Shown here: piece by piece, positions 39,056 to 52,513 of the stretch
Layout: the number at the start of each line of letters is the position of its first letter
How positions within the stretch are numbered: the first letter of the stretch is position 1
Assembly: GCA_976551045.1 (NCBI GenBank)
Contig: CDPCPM010000207.1
Coordinates: 4,898,001-4,962,000, forward strand
Direction of reading: 5' to 3'
Source: Glaucostegus cemiculus
Taxonomy: Eukaryota
Length of the DNA: 64,000 nt
Notes under the pieces: model-generated
What the model saw: only the letters and a program-made list of their open reading frames with translations
What the model was told of the DNA's origin: nothing
Database searches by the model: none
Program-made: the position numbers and the translations under genes

Positions 39056-39399
39056 GCCAAGCAATTTCCAGCCAAGTATATTTTTACCAGAAATGAAAGT
39101 CAAAGTTACAAGAAAAGGTTATTGTAACTAAGGCTACCTTTTATAGAACTGAAAAAAACTGAAATCTGATAGAAGTTTGCAAATGATTAAGGAAATTATC
39201 AAAGTAAACTTAAATATTTTGCAATGATAAGTAACTGAGTAACGAAGATAATGATGACAAAATAATCCTATGTAATAAGAAGAGGTTAGACACTTTATTT
39301 CATATAACTAGTTATCAGGAATTGAGATGATTTCTGAAGTAATGATTGCCATTAAATTGCTTTACAATTATGATCACATCCTCCTCTATTTTTGTTCAA

Positions 39400-39770
39400 T
39401 CCCCTCCAATAAGGTTGCTATTCTGACAAAGCACAAACAATACATTTCCCAAAGTCAACAACCATTTGACTGTGACCATGCCCTATCATTCCTCTTCAAC
39501 CTGCTTGATTGTATGGCTGCCTTCAGCACAATACACCATCCCATCCTCTTCAATAAGCATCACGTTTGTTTCTTTCATGCCTATCTATAACATCTTGAGA
39601 TATTATATTGCTTACAATAGCTTCATCACCATGTTCGTCAAAGTCACCTCTGTATTACATCAGGATTCCACACAGCCATTTACTTGCTACCACTGGAGAC
39701 ATCAACTAGAAATACTAAGTCAGTTTTCCTTTTTATTAATGATACTTGCCAATGATGTCCAAATCCTATA
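39400..39770 (+). mobile_element. L2 LINE reverse-transcriptase fragment
   Basis: DCDHALSFLFNLLDCMAAFSTIHHPIL resembles L2 D.G..SLLVLLDLSAAFDTVDH.IL. Confidence 0.65.
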
Positions 39771-41159
39771 AATGAATTTGAAAGTTGATACTCCAGGACA
39801 ACGTTAATTGAGTATTGCATTGTCTGAGATAATAAACAGATGAATTATTGGTGGTTTATTTGGATGGAAGATCTCACGACATTATTTGATTCAGGAGCAG
39901 GAAACCTTCCCAAAGTCTCAGCAAATACTCATCCCTTACACAAAATCAATTATCTCATTTGTTGCCTGTGTAGTCTAACTGTACAGAAATTGGTTGCAAA
40001 AAAAATGAACCTTCTGAAATACATTTGCTTCAAAATGCTTTAGATTGTAACAGACAACTTATCAATAGAATTTATACTTCACAGGGCACAGATGAAGCAA
40101 AATGTCCTCCAGCAAACTGCCTGCAAAACTCAGGCAATTGCCTCTCAGTTTCTGCAGACTCTTAAGTGCCTCTGTTACCATTCTGGCTGAAACCTCCAGC
40201 TAAGCTCAGAGATAACCTGCACAAAGTCAGGTACGGTTTGCTTCCCAAACCCGAACATCACTAGGACTAATTTTCCTCAGCTCTGAATTATGGATCACTC
40301 CTTTTCACATTCTGCTAATGAAATCATAATCCACACCCTTCCCACAAGTGTGTATCACTCCAATATTCTACTTGCAAGACTATGAACTTCAACATCCGAC
40401 AGATTTGAATTGATTCTTAACACAGTGGCCTGGTGTACAAGCTTGTCTGATATCCTTGTTCCAGAGGCTCCCACCTTCGTTCTATAACCCCTCTATGGTG
40501 TTTTTCACTCGCTATCAATGCAATATTCTTCATTTACAAACCAATATGGGCAATCCCCATTTCTCTTTTCCTCCAATTTCATCTCAGTCCCCAAATGCCC
40601 TTCAGTATTTTTGCCTTCCCAATGGGAACTTCCTTCTCTCAGCATTTGAACTGGTCATTTCTCTCTGTAGAGTCAAAGTCCTTTCAAACGCTCTTCTGTT
40701 TTGTATACTTCAGAGCCCCTGCCATCATTATTGTCCTCCTGGTCAGTATCAAGTACCCTTTACGGTACTCTTAAGACTTCTGTCATGCATAATGACAAGC
40801 AAGCCTCTACAGTTACCTAGTTGTGGAACATCGTAGCACAATATTTGGAGGGTGCTTTACTCTGTACCTAATTCATGCTGTGACTGACCTCAATAATATT
40901 TGGTGAGACAGTGAAGACAAAGCCATAGTTTGCATCTAATCCATATTATCCTTAGCATGCACAACAGGAAATACACTACTTTTATATCTCACCTTTCACA
41001 TTCCTTTCAGTACATCCTAAAGTATCTTACATTCAATTTTTTAAGATATTGTTATTGTTGCGATGATGGGAACATGACAGCCAATTTGGTCACAGACAGA
41101 GATGACTTTCATGAAATTTAAAGGAGAAAAATCCACCAAATTCAAGAGGAGATAAACGC

Positions 41160-41670
41160 ATAGGAATCTAGAAACATAGGAACACTAGATACTTAGCCTT
41201 ATGAGCCTGTTCTACCATTGAATATAATGATGAATCTGTGGCCTAAATCCATACAGAAGGCCTTTCCCATATCTCTAAGGGTACCATTGATTCACCAAGA
41301 ATCTATCAATCACAGATTTAAAATTAATAATTTACACTGAGGAAGCAAGTTCTAAACTTAGAGCCAGGTCTGTCAGAGATGAAGGACTTGGCTCTACATT
41401 TTTTTTAAGACAGTACCACCTAGTCTCAAAATGCAGAAAGGATTTCTCATTATCTACCCTATCATTTCCTCTTAATACCTTGAAAGCTTCAATCAAAATG
41501 TTCCTTAAGTGTTTAAATTCCAGGGAATGCAATCCTAGTTAGATAATCTCTCCTAATTTAACCAGTGGAGTCCCAGTATTATATTGGTAAATTTATTCTT
41601 AACTCCTTCTAGGTGCCCAGAATTATTCACAGCTCTCTAACTGTGAACTAATCAGCACTTTGTAGAGTGT
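41160..41670 (-). mobile_element. old CR1 LINE 3' end
   Basis: ORF 41332-41532 HSLEFKHLRNILIEAFKVLRGNDRVDNEKSF; (ATAGGAAC)-like terminus. Confidence 0.78.
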
Positions 41671-44644
41671 ATCTAAGTACATATATCCATCTGATTAAAT
41701 AAACATGCAAAATGCACCCAGCATAATAAAAAAAAGGTCCTGGGCTTTTGCAACAATGTGGTTGGTGTTCTTTCTTTAATTGTTTGAAAAAATATGACAA
41801 AGGTCACATATTATCACTTGGAGAAATGAGGAACACCATCAAATCATTACCCTCCTTTGGAGTAAATCCATGGCTTCAAGTTTGGCTAATATCTTTTTCA
41901 ATAATCTTGAACACATGCTAAATCCAACAGCCTGAACTGTACTAAACCAAAACTGGGTTGTTCTAGAGGCTAAGAGAATTGGCCAGCAAAATTACAAAAG
42001 TAAAAAGATTAAATTAATTAAATAAAAAAAGCAATTCCCTAATTGCCAAAACTGTAAGCATCATCAAAGGTTTTTCCCTGCACAATGGGGATATGTGTCT
42101 ATGCCTGCAGATGTCCTGGGTATTATTTTTTTTAAATGCAGATTTGATTCTCTTTTTAAATTTAATTTAACTATAAAGCTTTCAACTTGAATGTACACCC
42201 ACTGAATCAGCTGGGACATTTGGTGCATGCATTATTTGCATAGACAAACAAACATGTGTCTTAGACGGGATCTAACTGGAGCAAGCCCGTCTGGTGGGAA
42301 AATATCATTAACAAGAAATTCAGTAACATACTTAATAAATGGACAGAGACTCTTGAGTTTTAAGCAGTTCTTGTCAGTCAGAGCTAGATGAAGTGGACAC
42401 AATACCACTATTCAGTGCAGAGGCCTAGAGATTTCAATTGAATTAAAATAGCACAAAGAAGCCAGATTTTCACAGCCTTCCCCTTATTGATTATTAAAAT
42501 CTCCTCACAGTACAACATAGAGGAGAAAGAAACTGGTTATTGTGCAGGTACCGGGTTGAAGTGTTAAGGAATGTGGGTAAGAAACATTCCAATATTGAGC
42601 TCTGGGCCTGAGAGGGATTATAGACCAGCAAGTGAGGAAAAAAATAACATGAGAATCCACAATGTTTGCACAGTAGAATCACTCAATTTCAAACCACTTC
42701 TGGTTCACAGAAAAGTACATTGAAATTTCCCCCAAAGAAAATCTCTTTCTTTTTTTTAAATCAAAGATTCTCCCCTCTGCACTGTTTCATGGTCCACAAC
42801 CAAGTCCAACCCATTCTCCAACTATATGTGAAGATAGTGTCCATCAAATGCAGAGCAAGAAGGGGAGAGTATGATCTGAACTAATCTGGGCAATGCTAAC
42901 ACCTGTGTGCACTTCCTAGCAGAAAAACACTACCTTGCACATTATTCTCTCTGTTAATTAGCAAAGGAAAGTAAAAGAAACATATAAAGGCAACGCAATT
43001 CATTTGTTCTGTCCCAAAATCAAATTCCTTTCCTTCATCAACCGTCTCGGGCCATACACTGGGTTTAAAATATGGTCAATCTAGGATTCGGTGATTGTCT
43101 CACTCATGTACTGAAGGGAGAGGATATATTGCAGAAAATAATGCTCTGATGGAAAAGCAATGTTTGCTTTTAGGTCTTCCCATGGAAAATGGTTCAGTGA
43201 TTCAGTGCCACTATTTGTTGAACTGGTTACTCACACTGGTGGCCTCTGACATTTCAGAGGAGTTTTTGCCTCTGATCAGGCTCAGACGTGGATGGGAAGT
43301 GCATGGAAACAACAACAACGGCACAAGGCTCCGAGTAACTGATCTCAGTCTCCATTGGGTTTCAGACTGAATTATCTCATAGAAGATAGTTCCCAAATGA
43401 TGCCTTGGCACAGACTGGTTTCCTTATCTTCCCTCTCTGTTTGGGAGTAATGAGGTGATTTTGGGGGCACACATCTGATGTTGTTGCACTTGTTCCCAAT
43501 CTTCAGAGATTGGTGCTAGAATCTTAAAGGAAAACCATTATCAGAACATACCTTTGACCAACCTTTCTTTTCACATGACATAAGTGTCATCTAAAAGTCT
43601 GGTAAAATCATTTGTGCATGATATCACTTTGAAGAAAGCAATAGAGAGATTTCCTCTCGTAAACAAAAAATATAATGTCAAACATGTTCTCTGTGAAAAA
43701 TGTGGGCCACTAATGTTTTGCCAGCAGTGGGGTTATAGAGTCCGTGTCCTTCCCTCCCTCCCTCTCTATTTTTTTTAAAATTTCAAGCATCAAATGGAAC
43801 TTTAGAAGATAACAACTTTTGGACCATTTTTGATTTTATCAATACTCCTCACTCCACTGAATTTTCCTCTTTTATTCCTCCCAAACATATCACCCTACAT
43901 TCTATTCTCATGATAAATGAACTATTTAGTTGAAGGATTTAAAGTTTTGAAAGAAAGATAAAGGTAATTTTGAATGGGTCTGACTCAGGTTTGGTTGTTA
44001 ATACTTTGATGGTTTTGTTGTAGTAATTAGCTTTGGAAAGACTAAGCAATTCATTAGTTCAATCTCCCAAGTCTAATACCTTTCAAGTATCCTTTCCTCA
44101 TTATCTATCCTGGGACATTTACATGTATTTGCGAGAGTTAAAATACGCTCATTGCAGGTTTCACTGAGAGTTTCGCTCAAGTACCAAAGAGTAAGACCAA
44201 CATCCTCAACACCAAAACCAGCATAAAGCATTAACAAGCAAACATAAGAGGCTTAATTCAATAAGATTCACTAAACTTCATTTTTAAAATTGAAATGCTT
44301 GAAATAAAGACATGATGCGTTGTGTTATACCACATGAATGAATCAGCCAGAAATGAAATGCTGTGCACCTCACAACTACACCAATTTCTCAAGCCGGCTA
44401 GTAGCACGGAATTATTTATCGTAGTTTTGGCCAGATTTTTACTTTATTCCACCATATGGCTTGATCATTAAATAAGCCAACATCAAATACAACATAAACA
44501 TTCCAGTTCTATCTCATGTCTCCCTCAGTTCACTGATCTCAAATACAGTCGTGCTTGGCTGTTAACATTGGCTCTGGTGTTCATGGAATCCAAGAAATAT
44601 TTATTAAACAAACTCAGGTTTTGGCTCTTTCTATTATTTAACAG

Positions 44645-44995
44645 TCAGCTTGGTTCAGTCAGCATCACTTGGATCTATTAGTCAGAAGGTTATGGGTTAA
44701 GCACCACTCTGAGACCTGAGCACATAATCTACACTGATGCTGCAGTGCTCTATTGAGGGAGTGCTAAATATTCCGTCATCATCTTTCAGATAACGTATTA
44801 AATGGAGACCCTGGGGCTCCTTGCTCCAGTGGTTCTTGGAGGTGGATGAGGTCAAATGATAAAATTGAAAGAAATATTGGGAATTCTCCAGAAGTCTTGG
44901 TCAAGACTCCTAATTCAGACCTCTTTGTAAAACAATTTTCTGTAGATCATAATAGCTGGTCACTGATCTTATTTGATGCCAGGTGACACTTGCTA
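44645..44995 (+). mobile_element. Deu-domain SINE, 5' half
   Basis: AGTCAGAAGGTTATGGGTTAAG...CTGAGCACATAATCT...TGAGGGAGTGCT...TCTTTCAGAT. Confidence 0.7.
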
Positions 44996-45459
44996 TAGAG
45001 ACCAACACATAAAGATATGGTGCTCAAGAACTGCTGGGGCCTGCGCAAGACCAGTGAAAATCAACATCATCAAGAGACTAAGGTAAAATAAGTTAGGAAA
45101 AATTTATACTTTTTACGTCCATTCAAAATTGGGTCACAGAAAAAGGCCAAATTTTTTTTTTTAATTCTCCCCTCTTTTTTTTGTGTGAGGTTTTCAACAA
45201 CTGGACAGACTGATGACCAGTCTCATTGGATGGTGGTGAATCACAGCGACACTTGTAAGTTGCTATGGAAAAAAATATCCAAGTTTTCTTTAACATGTAT
45301 GATTACTTTGGAGGTGTACCAAGAAGCGTCAGAGATGGCGAGTAGGCAGAACCCAAACTGAGTTCCAATGCTCTCAAATATAATGTTATTACATGCAAGG
45401 AGACATTTGCAGTAACATTCTCCACCTTGCCTTAAGGTATGGAGATGCACAGGATGGAA

Positions 45460-46115
45460 TCTTTTCTTCATTATTCACTTCTGGGATGTGTGCATTGCTG
45501 ATAAGGCCAGCATTTAATGTTTATTCGTAACTGCCTGGAGAAAGGACTGGTCGGCCACCCTCTTGAATCATGGTACTCACTACAGTGAATGTACTTCCAT
45601 TGTGCTAAATCTGATCTGAGCCAGTGGAGAGGCTTTCTCTGGATTCCCACTGACCACTTTTATTAGACATCTTTGATGTTACATAAGTACTGCCTTGTCA
45701 TCAAGGACCGTCAGTCTCACCTCACCTTGACAATCAGCAATTTTGTTTCGGACCAAGGCTCTAACGAAGTCTAGAGCCAGGTGGACAAAAAGCCTTTGTG
45801 AACATGTCATTAGTGAGTAAGTGCCAGCTGATAACAGTGCAAATGAAACCTCCACCACTTTACTGATGATTGTAAATTGACCGATGGCCATTAATTATCA
45901 GGATTGAATTTAACCTGCTTTTTGTGTCAGGGCATACCTGGGCAATGTTCCAAATTGTTGGGTCGATGCAGAGTTGAGACTATACTGCAACAGCTTGACT
46001 GGAACTGCCATTAGTTATAACTTCTAGACCAAAAGTTCAGCACAACAGCTGGGATATTGCCAGAGTGGAGACAATAAATCTTGCTATTTCCAGTGTATTC
46101 ACTTGCTTCTTGATC
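45460..46115 (-). mobile_element. LINE fragments (3' end plus endonuclease-region piece)
   Basis: GGGATGTGTGCATTGCTGATAAGGCCAGCATTTA terminus followed by degraded endonuclease-like sequence; recognised from recall only. Confidence 0.5.
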
Positions 46116-46707
46116 ACAGGGCACATACTCGGAGGTTGCTCTAAGCTTTCATGGGTTTCTGATGAAACCTCATTTAAACATTTGCATCCAGTTTTGCACA
46201 TACTACTTCAAAAGAAAATATGTATTGGACAGGTTTAAGAGAATAAGGAATTACATTCCAGCATCCAGGATTTAAATTATAAAGATTGACTTGGAACCAA
46301 ATTTGATTTTAAAAATAAATTGAAAAGAATTGACATGGTCCAATGTGCCAAAATTTCACAGGTCCCAAGTTAGGAATAGAAATCATTAACCAGAATTCCC
46401 ACAGGTGATTACAATCTTTTGATCTCTATTGAACAATGCATACACTTGACAAGTGGGTGAACATTTACTATGGCCTTTACCTCAGCTATCGAGAGGAGAT
46501 GGTCCATGCAGAAGTAAAAGGAAACTAAATTGATTATGCATTCCATCTTGTCAAAGAAAAACTCTATACACATCACAATGTGGCTGGTGGACATGAAATA
46601 CATTAGTATTTGGCAAGATGTATTTAAAATTGGGAGTAAATATAACAACTAAAGCAGAGGCAAATGTTTGATTATTTTACCTTAGTGAAAGTAAAAAGTC
46701 TTACATA

Positions 46708-46815
46708 TAGAACATAGAACTTAGAACATAGAACACCTACAGCACAATTCAGGCCCCTCGGCCCACAAAGCTGTGCCGAACATGTCCCAGCTGTGCCGAA
46801 TATGTCCTGAATATG
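46708..46815 (-). mobile_element. very short CR1-type LINE 3' end, same subfamily as 38720
   Basis: Nearly identical to 38720-38793 (both translate as MFGTALWAEGPELCCR), with a local duplication at the truncation point. Confidence 0.85.
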
Positions 46816-48384
46816 TGCTGAAGTTGAAAAATACTTTCCAGTTTGTAAAGGATGGTGCCTGAAAATAATTATTTTCCAACGAAAACTTCAATTTATTGAA
46901 GACCTCTCTCACTTCTGCTCAGTTCTTGTTTTCCTTCCTCAGTACACCACTATTTCCGACAAACTGCTGTTCTCAACTGACATCAACCCCACTCCCATGC
47001 CTCATAGTGTAATGGAAACCAGGATGAGGTTAACTAAGCAGAACAAGTTCCAATTGGAATTTAAAGGGGAAGAGCCAATTCTTAACTGAATTGTAGCATC
47101 CATGAAGCTGTTCCTTCACCATTAATAATTCTACACCATCTCCAGTGACCCTGACATATAAGATTCTTGGGAGTGTGTGACTTCCCCTACAGCAGTCTAA
47201 CTGAGAAACTGGAAAATTTATTTTAGATTTCAAGATCCAACCCAAGGATGAAAGGTAGTCTAAAGCAGCTTCATAATAGGAACAAGCCAGGTTGAAGATG
47301 AGGCAAATAGACAATTGTATTTCAATGGCATGCAACCTAAGTTTTAAGAGCCTTTAGATTATAGAAGGCTGAGGAAAGGGAAGTATTTCATATTTTAAAG
47401 CTCTTAAGAAAAATAACTTACAGCAGGATAGGGATGCTGCTAAGCTGTAAGTCTTTATTTCAATGCAGGGAAGAGTTAGAAAGTGAAATGCTTTTTTTCT
47501 CTAAATTTAAAAGGAACCAGCAAGAAGCACTCAAGGTACCAATGATCATAATGATTTTCATCGTGATGTAAGAGCCAGAAAAGAGAGAGACAAGGAGTGT
47601 CTGACAAAAGTATAAAGGAAGAAATGACAAAAGACAGAAAAAAGAGAGGCAGTAAGATAAAAAGTAATTTTAACATAATCCGTCTAGCTGTAAACTGTCA
47701 CAGTCAGATTGACCACCCATTATATGCTCCCTCTGATTTTATTATCCATTTAAATCAATTTAATCCACCAGTTTCCAACCAAATAAGTTAGGTTAACTTT
47801 CCAATCAAGTATCTTCACCCTGAATTGTTCACCTATTCTGTCTCCCCAGATGCTAACCCAATCTGTGAATATTTCCAGGATTTTGTTTTTTATTCCGGAT
47901 ATCCAGCATCCATAGCATTTTGCTTTTAGATTAAGATTACCCCAGGAAAAAGAGAAAAAGATTAGAGATCAGGGACATCCTAAAATGAAAAGAAGGGAAG
48001 GAACTTGCATTATTAATTTTCATAGTAAAGTACTTCTTCATGACTATAGAATCCCAGTCACTGTTGCTATCTCCACAAATTCTGCAGTTAAATTGCACAC
48101 AAGGTCCTGCAAGTTAATTGGCCATTTTGTTTTTTGAATAATGAAATAGACCTACAGCATACATTTTTGAGGTAAATGTGACTTGAGTTCAACATCTCAT
48201 TCAAATGACAGAAGTGTTGCTCCACAGCACTGGACAACATCTTACATTACATGGTGAAAAGCTGGAGCACCACCATCACTGAACCAAGCTGCCAATTAAT
48301 TTGTTGACTCTCAACTCAGCAAAGACAATATAAAACACAGCACACTCAAAAGCAATGGCACTTGAAAATAACGGAGTATCATAT

Positions 48385-49105
48385 AAATCGGTAGTATCTA
48401 CAGAAAGCGCTGCCTCAAAAAGGCAATATCCGTCATCAACAATCCCCACCATCTGGGCCATGCCATCTCTAGCAGCTACCATTGGGCAAGAGGTACGGAA
48501 GGCTGAAGTCCCACACCACCAGATTCATTCCCTTCAACCATTTGGTTCTTGAACTAGTCGGTACAACCCTAATCACTACAGTTTAGCAACACCAGAACCA
48601 GGCACAATTGTGTAGCAGTTAGCGTAACACTTTACATTGCCAGCGACCGGGGTTCAAATCCGGCCACTGTCTCTAAGGAGTTTGTACGTTCTCCCCGTGT
48701 CTGTGTGGGTTTCCTCCGGGTGCTCCGGTTTCCTCCCACATTCCAAAGATGTACAGGTTAGGAAGTTGTGGGCATGCTACGTTGGCACTGGAAGCATAGT
48801 GACACTTGCAGGCTGCCCCCAGAACACTCTACACAAAAGATGCACTGTATGCTTCAACGTACATGTGACTGATAAAGATATCTTATCTTATCACTTAGGT
48901 CCCTTTGACCAAAAAAGGACTTTGTTTTTTTTGTTCTTATGGTGTTCTTTCTTGTATAATTTTGTATAATTTACATTTACTTTATGTTTTTCTTGTGAAT
49001 GTTGTGTCTCTGATGCTATGTGCCTGTGATGTTGCTGCAAGTAAGTTCTTCATTGCACCTGTGCACACATGTATTTGTGCATAGGACAATAAACTTGACT
49101 TTGAT
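48385..49105 (+). mobile_element. Rex1/Babar-like LINE 3' end, split by a SINE
   Basis: Decayed reading RCLKKAISVINNPHHLGHAI...GKRYGRLKSHTTRF matches the Rex1 ORF C-terminus. The 3' UTR resumes after the SINE and ends AATAAACTTGACTTTGA. Confidence 0.75.
48601..48892 (+). mobile_element. V-SINE with a different 3' tail, inserted in a Rex1/Babar LINE end
   Basis: A box TAGCAGTTAGCG, B box GGTTCAAATCC, V domain; tail ends ATAAAGATATCTTATCTTATC. Confidence 0.9.
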
Positions 49106-52100
49106 TTAAAAATACTTTTCAAGACTCTCAATCACCTTAGAAACTAATCTAGTAAACACTACTACACACAGAGAGTGGTAGAACCTCAGAACTGAATTCT
49201 GCAAATGGAATTAATGCTAAATGAATGGTTAACATTAAATCTGAGGTAGGAGACTTTTAATATTCAAAGATATTAAGGGAAATGAAGAAAAATTAGGTAC
49301 ATGGAGTAAGGTGACAGAACAGCCAATTCTATTCTCACCTTATAGCAGAAGAGACTTTTCAAACTAAATAGCCTACGTTGTTCCTGTGCTCACAGGCATG
49401 CAAAAACTGCAAATGGGGGAGGTCCAGGACTATTACTGGTACTTCCCAAATGTCCCCAACCAGAACCTAAGCATGCCAACCAGAGCAATAAAATGTTGTA
49501 TTGTCTTTGACAACAAAAAAACAATGACAGCTATATTTTGGGAACAATGAATGTGATTACACTAATCTTCTGGCATTACTACAGTGATGATCCTATATTA
49601 ACAAGCAGAATAGGTGGCGTACGGCACCAAGAAAGGAGGACATTAATTACTGGTGTACCGCCGAGTCAAATATAAATGAAAGTTACATCCAACCTATGGT
49701 AGCTTTGATGGACAAGTTCACAGTTAAATGTGAGTCAAGACTTACAAATAATTGGGAACTGGATCAATCCATTGAGATTAATCATCAATAAGCCATAGTT
49801 GGATTGGGAATGCATTCATTGATATCCCAACTTCAGATCCAATGGATATACAACTCACCACACCTTCAGCTTACAGTTCTCTTTTCTAGTTAACATTCCT
49901 TCTAGCTCATGACTCTCGAAGTCATAAGATCTTATGTGAAAAAGACTAATATTTATAAAGCATGGCACCAATCTGTTAGAGTAACCTAAAAGGACTTTGC
50001 ACATAACAAATGACTTATTGGAGAGCAATTGTTTAAGCAAATTAAACAAACATTTTTCAAACAGTTTCTTTTCTAAATGATATTGATAGAGAGATGAATG
50101 TTAACAATGATAATGGGAAAATAATATTTTTCTTCCAGGAAAGGAAGAAATGATTAAACACTAGAACATTGAAACAGGGCATTTGATTCTGTTAGCCTTA
50201 AAGGGAAAATAAATCTCACAATGCAGCATATTAGATGATTTGAGTATCAAACTAGCTTGGTCTTTATGTTCACGAATGGGGTGTGGACACATGAATGTCA
50301 GAATCAAGTGCTAAACCACAGCAAGAATCATCTTGACAACAAAACTCTTAAAACCCCATTTTCCCAATGCTTATTGTTGAAATTTACATAAACTGGGAGA
50401 ACAATAAAATTCAGACTCCAGACAGCTCCACGACTCCTAACTTTCCTTACAAGTGCAGCGTTCATCCACATATCAGGTGGAAAATTAATTAATCCAGCCA
50501 CACCAAGCTAAGTGAATCCAGGACATGTTCAGACCTGGTACTTGAATTCACACCTTCCCAGCTGGATTTGGAATGTTCTTATTCCCCAACTCCCAGGTCA
50601 CAGCCCTCTCTCCTGTTATCCAATTAGTATTCTCCATGCTTCAGTATCATAAAGCAAGATGGTTCACAAGAAACACACACAGGGAGATATTCTGCTTGTT
50701 CATTTCTTTCTTGCTGACTCTCATTGAAAACATTGGCCTTACCCTCCCCAAATTTCAAGCTAAAATTAAGCCCCATCATTTAGTTTATGATATTTAAATT
50801 GTTTCTATTTCCCTCAGAATAATTTCCAACATGTGAATTAATTGAATACATCTGAAACTCAAAGAGGAACAGTATCTTTCAACCAAGTGAACAACATGTC
50901 CTTGGAGGTGAGGATGACTCACTAATTTCAACATAATATTTCCCTGGGGAAATGGCACCAGAACGGTGCAATATTTCAAAATAGAAAGTTGCATTCCAAT
51001 ATATTTTAATTCATAGGCCAGAAACGAAAGAAGTATGGGTATAATGTTTGGCAATGTATCATGGTAGTGTATTACTGAATCGCTAAGAACAGAAGTGCCA
51101 GATTCCATATGGGTCAATGCTGAGGTAACTGAGGTAGCTGATCTTTGGACGCAGTGAATCAAGGGATGTGCTGATCAAGTTAAAAGGTAAATTTGAGGTA
51201 TAGCATTAACTAAGATCTTTGCAAATGCCTAAGCAGACTCAAGCAGCGAAATGGGCAATTCCTGGTGCTACCTGTTTTCCTCTTACATTTTTAATGATAT
51301 TCAAATTTAATTTTGTACTGTAAACCTTCAACATTGACCATTGCAGACAAAACTGAAAGAGTAGAATACTTTGATGCTAAGTTGTGGACCTGAATCTTTG
51401 CTTCCACTGCCGGAGATAATGCAGGATCTGTTAAGATTTTCCAGCACTTTATTTCTTAAAGAGCCCTTCTATCCTGTAGTTATACACCACATCATTTTTA
51501 ATCTGAGCAGTGTTTTCTTCTGACAAAAGCCAGCTGACATCTTGAATAAATTTTACATATATATTGTTATTGTTAACAAAACATATCCTATTATAAAACA
51601 GAAATACTTGGAATTCAGAAGTAGATTTAAAAAAAAGAAATCAAAGCACTTACTGATTATTATAAAGCAAAATTAAGGAGTAAAACTCTCCAGAGAGGTA
51701 GAGGGGGAGTGTACTCTTTTATACCAGTCCTACAATGACAGCAGCTGAGGGCAATCACATTTAGTTTAATTTAAATGTGATTGCCATAAGTAAATAGATA
51801 TTTTTTTTATTTCAGCTCCATTTTGAGGGCATCTTGCTCAAGCTCAGAAACCTTCATCTTCACAAAAATCCAACCACAATCAATCAAGTGAATCCAACTT
51901 TTGTTCCAACAATTCATTTAAAATATACTTCATACCTCCACTGATAATACCTTACTCACAGTGAAAAAGACATTTATGGGATTTTCCAATTTGGTAACAG
52001 CAGCCAAGTCGTGAAGTAAAAAACTGTGCACACAGTAAGTAACAGCAGATCTGCCAGCTTTGGAAAGAGGGACAACCATGTCGGCTGGTACCCCTCATGG

Positions 52101-52409
52101 GTCCTTCATCTGAACACTATCATTTTAATTTTCTCTTTCAGAAGACAATAAATCTGCCATGAATATTGCACTTTAAAATGTTATTTAGACCCAACTACAG
52201 TATACACATCCTTTCAGTGTTTTTTTAATGCAAGTTAATTTCCTTCTACCCTTCTTTAAAATGTTAAGCCTGCTGTGAAACATTTTCTTTTTCGCTCAGT
52301 TACAGTGCTCTTCACCTATGAGAAGGGCCAGTGATCAGTACTGAGATCCCTCTTTATAAAACCAATTGCAACTTTCCACATTCAGATGAGTTACTTCAGC
52401 ATCGTTTTT

Positions 52410-52513
52410 TCCTGATGGAAGTTTATGGACCTGAAACTTTGGCTTCCTTACTATCTCCAAAGATGCAAACTGACCCTCTGGACATTTCCAGCTAGTTTTG
52501 CTTTACTTTCAGC
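52410..52513 (+). repeat. short interspersed Penelope-terminal-repeat-like unit (related copies near 3200, 9830, 11580, 16230, 21520, 47800, 51370, 52090)
   Basis: Shared pattern CTGATG(A)AG...ACCTGAAAC...TCTCC..AGATGC..CTGACC.GCTG..ATTTCCAGCATTTT recurring in the window. Confidence 0.6.

Noticed and set aside
48637-48969. 110-aa ORF containing LYVLPVSVWVSSGCSGFLPHSKDV
   Set aside because: This is the V-SINE central domain read in frame, a common false ORF.
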